A stretch of 16,874 bases of DNA, taken from contig CAZELK010000008.1 in the NCBI GenBank assembly GCA_964513145.1, forward strand, positions 1 through 16,874, read 5' to 3'. The notes under the pieces are model-generated. The model was given only the letters and a program-made list of their open reading frames with translations. It did not search any database and was not told the origin of the DNA. The translations under genes were made by a program, and so were the position numbers. Positions within the stretch are counted from its first letter, which is position 1. Each line of letters starts with the position of its first letter. Positions 14,628 through 16,874 of the stretch are shown in pieces. Source of the DNA: Candidatus Woesearchaeota archaeon. Lineage in GTDB: Archaea; Nanobdellota; Nanobdellia; SCGC-AAA011-G17; JACPIM01.

Positions 14628-16034
14628 ATGAGTCCTAGTACAACTGCTATTTTTGAAAAAAAACCAAATACAAAACAGGTTTTAAAACAATTAAATATAG
14701 CTTTAGTTAATGTTATCAATAAAAGCAAAGACTATGCTATGAATAAAGACCTTAATGGTGGTTTTGGAACTGCTGATGATTATGGAAATTCTTTTACATC
14801 AAAGATTATTAAGCACTTGAAAAAAAAGAATATCAGACTGCCAATTATCAGCCTGGCTTTCTTGCAAGCTTTATTAAAAGAAAAAAACCACAAAGTAAAA
14901 TATTTTGAAGGGAGTTTGCCAAAAACAAACGAGTCTTATGATGTTATCCTTATTTATGGGACTGTTGTTGATTATAAAAATGAGAATTGGGCTTGCAGAG
15001 TTCTGAAAGACAGATTCCCCAAAGCAAAAGTTGGATTTTTTGGACCTTTTCCATCCAGAAATCCTGAAGTCTTTAATAGTGGGGATTTTGTTTTGCTAGG
15101 AGAAGCAGAAGCATTTTTTATGAATGATTTTAAAAAAATTGAACAGTTAAATGAAAAAGTAAATGTTTCTTCTTTGACAGACATAGATAAATTACCAATA
15201 CCTGATTTCGAAGGATTTCCAGTCCAAGAATATAGCTATTATCCGGCAATTTCAGTCAAACCCTTTGTAGCATTGCAAGCAAGCAAGGGCTGCCCTTATA
15301 GCTGCAGATTTTATTGTACTTACGGCGAGTATCAGGGACCAAAAATAAGGCAAAGATCACCAAAAAAAGTCGTTGATGATATTGTTTATCTGCAAAAAAA
15401 ATATGGAATTAAAGGGGTTCAATTTCGCGACCCAACTTTCGGACTAATAAAACCTTTTATAGGAGATTTTTGCAATGAACTGGAAAAAAGGAATGTTAAA
15501 ATTAAATGGGGTATGGAAACAAGATTAGATTTATTAAATGAAAACAATCTTAAAAGAATGTTCGATGTTGGATTAAGAAATATAAATGTAGGCATAGAAA
15601 CAAACAATGAAGAAATTGCAAAATTAAATAAAAGAGGCCTAGTTGAGAATAATCATCAAGAAAAAATAATAAGATATTGTAATAAAATTGGAATAAAGGT
15701 TTCTGCATTTTATATTCTTGGTTATGAAGGAGACACAATAGAAACAGTAAGAAATACAATAAAATATGCTATTTATTTAAACACGCCTCTTGCAAGATTT
15801 GCAATTTCAACACCTTATCCTGGAACTGGTTTTTATGAACAATTGAAAAAAGAAAACAGAATAGTTACAGAGGACTATGAAAAGTATACCCAATTTAACC
15901 TGGTATATAAGCATAAAAATCTAAGCCAGGAACAACTCAAAAAATTACTTGAAGAAGCATTAAGAAAATATTATTTCAGGCCTTCTTATTTATTAAATTT
16001 CATAAAATGGAAAATAAGAGAATTCTGGTTATAG
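14628..16034 (+). CDS. Second B12-binding-type radical SAM protein with an atypical cysteine motif
   Basis: GEAE, SKGCPYSCRFYC, RSPKKVVDDI, FRDPTF, ETRLD, GIET, TPYPGT. Confidence 0.88.
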   Translation: MSPSTTAIFEKKPNTKQVLKQLNIALVNVINKSKDYAMNKDLNGGFGTADDYGNSFTSKIIKHLKKKNIRLPIISLAFLQALLKEKNHKVKYFEGSLPKTNESYDVILIYGTVVDYKNENWACRVLKDRFPKAKVGFFGPFPSRNPEVFNSGDFVLLGEAEAFFMNDFKKIEQLNEKVNVSSLTDIDKLPIPDFEGFPVQEYSYYPAISVKPFVALQASKGCPYSCRFYCTYGEYQGPKIRQRSPKKVVDDIVYLQKKYGIKGVQFRDPTFGLIKPFIGDFCNELEKRNVKIKWGMETRLDLLNENNLKRMFDVGLRNINVGIETNNEEIAKLNKRGLVENNHQEKIIRYCNKIGIKVSAFYILGYEGDTIETVRNTIKYAIYLNTPLARFAISTPYPGTGFYEQLKKENRIVTEDYEKYTQFNLVYKHKNLSQEQLKKLLEEALRKYYFRPSYLLNFIKWKIREFWL

Positions 16035-16840
16035 GTGGTTTCGGATATATTGGAAGGGAAATTCTGCCAAAATTACTGGAAAATAATTATGACATAACAG
16101 TAATATCAAGAATAAAAAGAAATACAAATTATAAAACACTAATTTGTAATATATTAGATAAAAACTTTCTTCTAAATAATGTAAAGGATTTTGATATAGT
16201 TATTTATCTGGCTGCCATTGTAAGAAGTCTAAAAAAATCAAGATATGAAGAAAATATCACCGGACTAAACAATGTACTGGAAGTTATGAAAATAAATAAA
16301 ATAAATAAAATAATCTATTTCTCAACACAAAATGTTTATTTGGACAAAACCGGGCCTTATGGTGAATCTAAAAAAGAATGCGATAACATATTAATAAATA
16401 GCAAATTTAATTATATTATTATTAGACCAAATTATGTTTATGGCATAGATAAAGAAAATGACTTTTATAAATTATTTAAATTAATTAAAACATTTAAAAT
16501 ATGCCCTATAATAGGAAATGGAGATAATAAAATTCAGCCAGTTAACAAGGAAGATATAGCCAGTATAACAATATCAAATTTAAAAAACTTCAAAAATAAA
16601 ACAATAATTGATGTTTCTGGAAAAAACACTGTAACAATCAATCAGATTGTTGAATTTATAAAGAAAGAAGCTAAGATTAGGTGTTTAGAGATATATATAC
16701 CAATAAAAATAATAAAGTTTTTCAAATATATAGTGCCATTTGATGTTGATGGTTTTGACAAAGACAGAATTTCTTTAAATAGCACAATAAATATTAAGCA
16801 TGATATTTTTGAAGACTTAATGGAGATAATAAAGTTATGA
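16007..16840 (+). CDS. NAD(P)-dependent epimerase/dehydratase-like SDR
   Basis: ILVIGGFGYIG, IYLAA, YGESK (YxxxK), RPNYVYG, IQPV; 28-nt overlap with the upstream gene. Confidence 0.88.
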   Translation: MENKRILVIGGFGYIGREILPKLLENNYDITVISRIKRNTNYKTLICNILDKNFLLNNVKDFDIVIYLAAIVRSLKKSRYEENITGLNNVLEVMKINKINKIIYFSTQNVYLDKTGPYGESKKECDNILINSKFNYIIIRPNYVYGIDKENDFYKLFKLIKTFKICPIIGNGDNKIQPVNKEDIASITISNLKNFKNKTIIDVSGKNTVTINQIVEFIKKEAKIRCLEIYIPIKIIKFFKYIVPFDVDGFDKDRISLNSTINIKHDIFEDLMEIIKL

Positions 16841-16874
16841 AAAAAGATTTTTTAAAAAAAAACGAGTTTAAAAT
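16837..16874 (+). CDS. 5' start of the next coupled gene (partial)
   Basis: ATG overlaps the upstream TGA (ATGA); the frame stays open to the window end (MKKDFLKKNEFK). Confidence 0.5.
   Translation, partial: MKKDFLKKNEFK

Noticed and set aside
13925-15759. Minus-strand ORFs 13925-14302, 14972-15184, 15419-15607 and 15550-15759
   Set aside because: Antisense shadows of the radical SAM genes.
1-16874. CRISPR array, tRNA/rRNA, transposase or integrase
   Set aside because: No periodic repeat-spacer array, cloverleaf, GC-rich structured RNA or recombinase motif was seen.

Overview
Very AT-rich window (roughly a quarter GC by eye). TATA-like octamers lie about 30 nt upstream of many start codons and the gene content fits a small-genome archaeon (DPANN-like; inferred, not proven). 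The left 4 kb is a mixed block: two Nudix hydrolases, an HD-domain protein, a small PqqD/RRE-like protein coupled to a THUMP + FtsJ-type (RlmM-like) methyltransferase, and an HExxH peptidase. From 4.0 kb to the end is a surface-glycosylation locus: GT-C-type membrane protein, NodB-type deacetylase, class I methyltransferase, GT2, UDP-GlcNAc 2-epimerase, two SDR epimerase/dehydratases, a WbpD-like acetyltransferase and two B12-binding radical SAM enzymes. The locus is interrupted by apparent insertions. (i) A 667-bp DUF4258 / Zn-finger-AbrB toxin-antitoxin-like cassette is bracketed by a perfect 20-bp direct repeat, and its removal restores overlap coupling of the flanking genes. (ii) msrA has a weaker junction repeat. 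(iii) A small-membrane-protein operon contains two tandem paralogous microproteins of 35 and 40 aa that are absent from the ORF track. No rRNA, tRNA, CRISPR array, transposase or integrase was seen.
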